DNA from: Eutreptiella sp. 'Long Island Sound 2002'
Lineage: Eukaryota; Protista; Euglenida
Assembly (NCBI GenBank): GCA_964036045.1
Contig: OZ038378.1
Coordinates: forward strand, 66,712,001-66,776,000
DNA length: 64,000 nucleotides
Direction of reading: 5' to 3'
Below the pieces are notes generated by a model. That model was not told the DNA's origin and did not search any database. It worked only from the letters and a program-made list of their open reading frames with translations. This document shows, one piece after another, positions 59,190-64,000 of the stretch; position 1 is the stretch's first letter; each line of letters opens with the position of its first letter. Made by a program: the position numbers and the translations under genes.

Positions 59190-60950
59190 GGATGGGGGGG
59201 TCAGGAAGGGGCAAATGGGGGGGGGGGGTCCAAGAGGGGCTTGGGGGGGGGGGGCTGCGGGAGGGATCGTTGGGGTGGGGGGTCCAGGTCGGGGGATTGG
59301 GGGTGCAGTGGGGGGGGGACAACCTGCCCTTAGCTCCTCTTGCCATCCCTCTAACCATACTATCACCATAAACCTAAGCCTAACCTTTGTAGCTAGCTAG
59401 TTTGGCCATGCCAACCATCTTGATTGGGCTGAACAAGATCCCCCAATTTTCGTTCATGGCTGCTTTGGCCTTCTCATCGCTCCCAATTTCGGACTCCAAC
59501 ACTCACTCTATGGTTAGGGTTAGGGTCACCGAGGTGGTGGAACCAGTCTTGGTTTTATAACCCTTTTTAGTGTCTAGGGTGGACCTACCAGGTTTAGCAG
59601 CAGCAAGCAGCAAGCAAGCAGCAAGGAAGCAGCAGCACGCACGAAATGGGGAAAAAAATGAGGACCCCGTCGTGGTGCATCAGATTCGGCTGAAATTTTG
59701 ATGGACGATACTTATGGGTGTGAGGGACAACCACACAAAGTATGAGCCAGAAACTCAACGGTGGCAGCCAGGAAAAGCCGTCGCAAGTGGCGGACCTCGG
59801 TTTCAAATTCTGCAATTTAGGGCCAAAAACGGCCATTTTTGGAACAAAACAGCCCTGGAACCCTGTCAAAACGGCCAAACAAAGGGAAAGGGTCGGTGCA
59901 CTCCACGTGCGGCTTGACCTGTCCGTGTCAACGAGCCCTTTGCGGCCCTTGAACTCCGCCAGATGCCCTTGAAACGGCCCGAAAAGGCCCCAAAAACCCC
60001 AAATTTCGTGCAGATTGGCTGGCGACAGCCACAAACCAAGAACAGGCGATATGTTTGGCTACATGGCTCAAAACGCGATTCCGAGGGCACCTACTCCACC
60101 CACGACCCCCCACTTTTTGTGGTTTCCACCCCTCAGAATTGCCCAAACGGACGTCTAGACCCCCATACGTAGCCCCGGCAAGCTGCGGCACGCTGCAAGC
60201 TCAAGCCCAAACAGGTGGGTGCCCAAATGGGTCAACAGGGTCCAATAGGGGCGAAAAACTAACTTTTTTCAAAAAGATCCTACACCATGTGTGGTGCTCA
60301 AACAGGTGTTTTTGGACTGTTTTGAACCTGTGGTGGCCCATTTTGGTCCTCCGAAAATCCCAACATGCCTTGAAAATGGGCTGTTTTGGGACCAAAAATA
60401 GGTCAAAAGGGGGTCAAAAAACATTTTTCCAAAACTCATCCTAGACCATTTGGGGTGCACCAACGGGTGAAATGAGCCCATTTTGAGCCCCTTTTGGGGC
60501 ATTTTGGCCCCACACAAGTCCAAAAAAACCTTGAAAGTGGGCCTTGTGGTGAAGGGGATCACTTGCAAGCCAATTGCACTCTATCAACGGCCTTCAATGT
60601 CTGACTCATTGGTGTCCCTCACCATTCATAGCTAATGTTCCCTCCCCCACCAGCTCCGTCCCAATATTCCGTCTTGATCAGGGTTAGGGTTGGGTGTAGG
60701 GTTAGGGGTAGGCTAAAAGTTGGGGGTGGGCGCTGGAGTCAAGGTTGGGATTAGGGATAGTGTCCGGGTGCAAACTGGACAAAATATTCCTTAGGGCACC
60801 CTCGGTGTTCATGTAGCATAAGGCACCTTTGATGCCCATGGACGCCTAAGCGCGACACCTTTCGCAATCAATTGTTGGCCGGGGCCCCTTGGGGGGGCGG
60901 GGGGGTAGTTGGCGTCCTAGGACATCTGGAGTGCCCCCCCCACCCGGGGC
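59190..60950. repeat. Second copy of the TTAGGG-containing repeat, interrupted by a ~1.15-kb insertion (59527-60679)
   Basis: 59190-59526 matches 16270-16590 and 60681-60950 matches 16620-16890. The intervening sequence has no counterpart in the first copy. Confidence 0.85.
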
Positions 60951-61369
60951 CCGCACCCTAGCCTCCGAAGGTGAGGGTGTCCTCGGTAGTTTCAGAGAGA
61001 AGAACCCGTGCATTCTTGTCCATGAATCACGTATTAAATAGTCTACAATCGGCATGTCCATTGGCCCGTACGCAACCTTCTCACAGTCTTGTTTGGCCGA
61101 TGGACCGCCAAGGAAGGCCAGCACAGTTCGGACAACTGACTCCCATCCCTAATCATCTTGATTACAGCCCCCCACCTAGACCAAAGGCCCCTTAGCCAAC
61201 CCCCCGTGGACGGAGCACAGGAGGCACCGCTGGGGGCGGTGCCCCCACCCACCCCCCCGCAGCCACGTTCACTCGCCTGTTGCAGGATATGGTGCCCATG
61301 TCTCACCCATCGTGCCCCAGACCGCACCCCGTCGTGCTTGATTTTTAACTTGGCACCCAAGTTCCACCA

Positions 61370-64000
61370 ATTGTCCATCCAGAGTACACAAAGCAAGTCA
61401 TGGGTCAGTGAGGGAGCCGGCTTTGGTTGTGGGTTAGGTATGACCTACGCTCACAAAGGCGGTTCCGGCGAAGTGGCGGGAGGAACGAGTCTTGCCCCTT
61501 GCCCCACCCCTATCACCGCGTTTCCGCGGCTGTGTGCATCTTCCGCGACCTCTCGGAGGTGTTACAATCTGGTCGAGACAATGACATTGCCCATGTTCTC
61601 GACCGGGTTCACCATATCTTGGAAAAAACTGAGAACCTCCAATGCCTCTGTCCTGTGCCGCTTGTGGGTCTCCCGTGGGTTCTCGTTCCGCAAGCTCATT
61701 ATGCGCTGTGCAGTGGCGCCTCAAATGTCCCATCGGCGGTTAGACAAAGTCGTCCACCGTAAGGCCATAAGGGTCCTTGCATGCACTTGAGACATATGCC
61801 GCCGGGCACAAGTTTCGTCCGCTTGGATCTTGGTGAACAGCAAAAGATGAGCCTGCTCCGAAAACGAGGATGCAACGGCGAGTTTGTACGATGCTTTGGA
61901 CCGCGCCTCGGGGAGGACCGCTGCGCGCCACCAGCGGAAGCGCAGTCGCCTCTGTGTGTTCGTTGGAGAGGAAATACACTTGCCGGCACAAGTGTTCGTG
62001 GTGGCGCGTCAAAAAGAGGGACATCCGTTCAATGGCCTGTCGGGCGCGAGCTTGCGCCACATATTCTAGAGAGAGCAGTCCGGCTTGTGTTTGGGCCTGA
62101 GCATGGCATGCCTTGTGTCCTTCAAGAAACGTCCGGCATGGATTTCACGAGACTCACACCGCGGTACGGCTGGGGTTGGTGTTGGTTGCCCGTCAGGTCT
62201 TTGGGCCGTTCGCGCGGCGGTGGTACATGGCGATGGCCAGAACGTGGCCTGCAGGATGCATGTGTACCCCGGAGGGGTGACTAGCGATGTCAAATGCCAC
62301 CGAAATTCCTCCACCATGGGCGCGAAAATTGTGAGACGTGGCTTTGACCACGGTAGGATCGATAAAACATCTCTCACGTGGTTCCAAATGTTGCGGGCCG
62401 CAGGTTTAGCTACCTGTGGCGGAGCCCCGGCAACAGGTGGGCAGATGTGCGCAGGCCGCTTATTGCTTACAAAACATCGAGCATGCCGCAGCTTGTCAAA
62501 GACCCATGGTTGCAATCTATGCAACACACGGAAACGCCATGTGGCAACTACGGCTCTCCAGTGCGGTTGGGCTGAAAGGATGGATTGTTGAAGGGAGTGT
62601 GGGAGCTGCAAACGGGTGCACAGGCGCCAATTGTCGGTGGAAACCGTTTGCCGCCACTTGATGGGGTCAGGGTTTCCGTTCCTCGCATGCGTCATTGCCA
62701 ATGTCATAAAACGGGGACTGGGAGGTGCATGTCAAAAGGCACTCCTGCACTGCGGTGCCATGGCGCTGCCCACATCGTGGGCACAACACCGGCTCAGTTT
62801 CCAAGGCTGCCCCACACCCTACGATGGGAGCGTCTCCTACAGCCATGGACCCCACTTATCCCGGTTGACCGCATGCAAAGGCATCCATGACGTCCAATGC
62901 GCCACGAGTACTAGCTTTTTGGGGGCGGGATTTGATGATCCACTTACGGGCGCCGGATGCCATCACATGGTTGTTCAAGAGGATAACCGCGGGTGATGTG
63001 CTACCTGGGCCGCGGCAAGGGTGCATACTACCACCTACTCGGGCTGCGAGGTCGGCCAATTCATTGCCAATCCTGTCTCGATAATCTTGTAGGCTATACA
63101 CCTTTTTTGTGTCCCGCGTCCAACGTACTTGGGGTGACTTGGTGGAGATAAGCCGATACGCTGCGTCGTGCAAGTGATAGATGGACGATCGTGGGCTTGG
63201 TGGCTTGGGGATGCATCAAGCCGCTGCCCGGTTGTCAAGCACGGGAGAGTCCCCGGTTTGGGCTAGGCACGCCGGAATCCATACGCCGTACAATTCAGCT
63301 TTATAAATCGTCTAACGGCCCACTACTCTCGCTTAGATGGGCATAGGTCCGTAGATTACCTGTGTGCCGGCCCGCGCTTCCACCAGAACGCCGTCACAGC
63401 GGACCCAGTGGGCTGCCCTTGCTGGTGCCAGGCACGTCAAGATTGCGGAATGTTGGGTTGCACAGGAGTAGTGCTGCTCTTGGGACGCAAGATTGGACGT
63501 ACTTGTGGGCATAAGCGACTCAAACCTACGGTCATTGGAGTCCTCATCATTGAAGAGTGACTCAAAGTCATCGTCTTCGTTTGGGCCCCTATCGAGCCGC
63601 AAGGCCGGCGCGAGGGAGGCGTCCGATTTCCATACCAAAGGACAGCAAGATATTGCGGCACTTCTATACCTTGTGTGGGACATGAGATGATTTGGTACGC
63701 TTTGTCATAGGCCTGTGTGAAACTCGCAAGGCCCGTCGGACTAGCTGGATCAGGGCGCATAACACAGCCGGGGACACGTTGTAGAGGCCCAATCCCCCCT
63801 CCATGACGTACGCGTAGATGTGGTACTCCAAGTAGTTTTCCACGCGGGGAGGCTGCAGGACAAAATCTTCGAAGGCGGTTTCCATGTGATTGCCCTAGCA
63901 CACATCCAACATACAAAAACTCTTATACACCCACCTGGGGATGAATAGCGAATTGCCAATTTGTGCTGGCTCGAAGCTTGTCAACGGGAGGAGGATGTAT
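61370..64000 (-). mobile_element. Second long copy of the RNase H-bearing LINE (runs off the window edge)
   Basis: Colinear with 50500-53200. It contains IGNELADLAAR (canonical RNase H C-terminal motif), the LCPRCGQRHGTAVQECLLTC finger, the C-terminal extension, and a 3' end shared with 22575 and 25785. Confidence 0.9.

Noticed and set aside
1-64000. Assignment to a specific organism (repeat style and TTAGGG made me consider a euglenid)
   Set aside because: No marker gene, spliced-leader sequence or rRNA is present, so only a eukaryotic origin is supportable.

Overview
This is eukaryotic, repeat-saturated, heterochromatin-like DNA. I could not support any host gene, rRNA, tRNA or CRISPR array, and all protein-family calls come from motif reading by eye rather than database searches. 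The window is a nest of decayed mobile elements: several non-LTR retrotransposon pieces (RT, RNase H, Cys/His finger and a long unexplained C-terminal domain), a second L1-like RT remnant, a piggyBac remnant, and at least four pieces of a DDE transposase with CMC/Transib-like motifs. It also holds a DIRS-type adenine-methyltransferase-like fragment, a tandemly duplicated ORF resembling herpes-type (C76) deubiquitinases, a 41/42-bp satellite with a 548-bp higher-order repeat, and interstitial TTAGGG-derived and microsatellite blocks. The strongest structural signal is one RT gene split by an element with CCCTTGG termini and a 2-bp CA target duplication, with the two halves now inverted relative to each other (53539 and 58950). 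Older repeats show recurrent CCGG>CTGG>CTAG decay, which suggests context-biased cytosine methylation.
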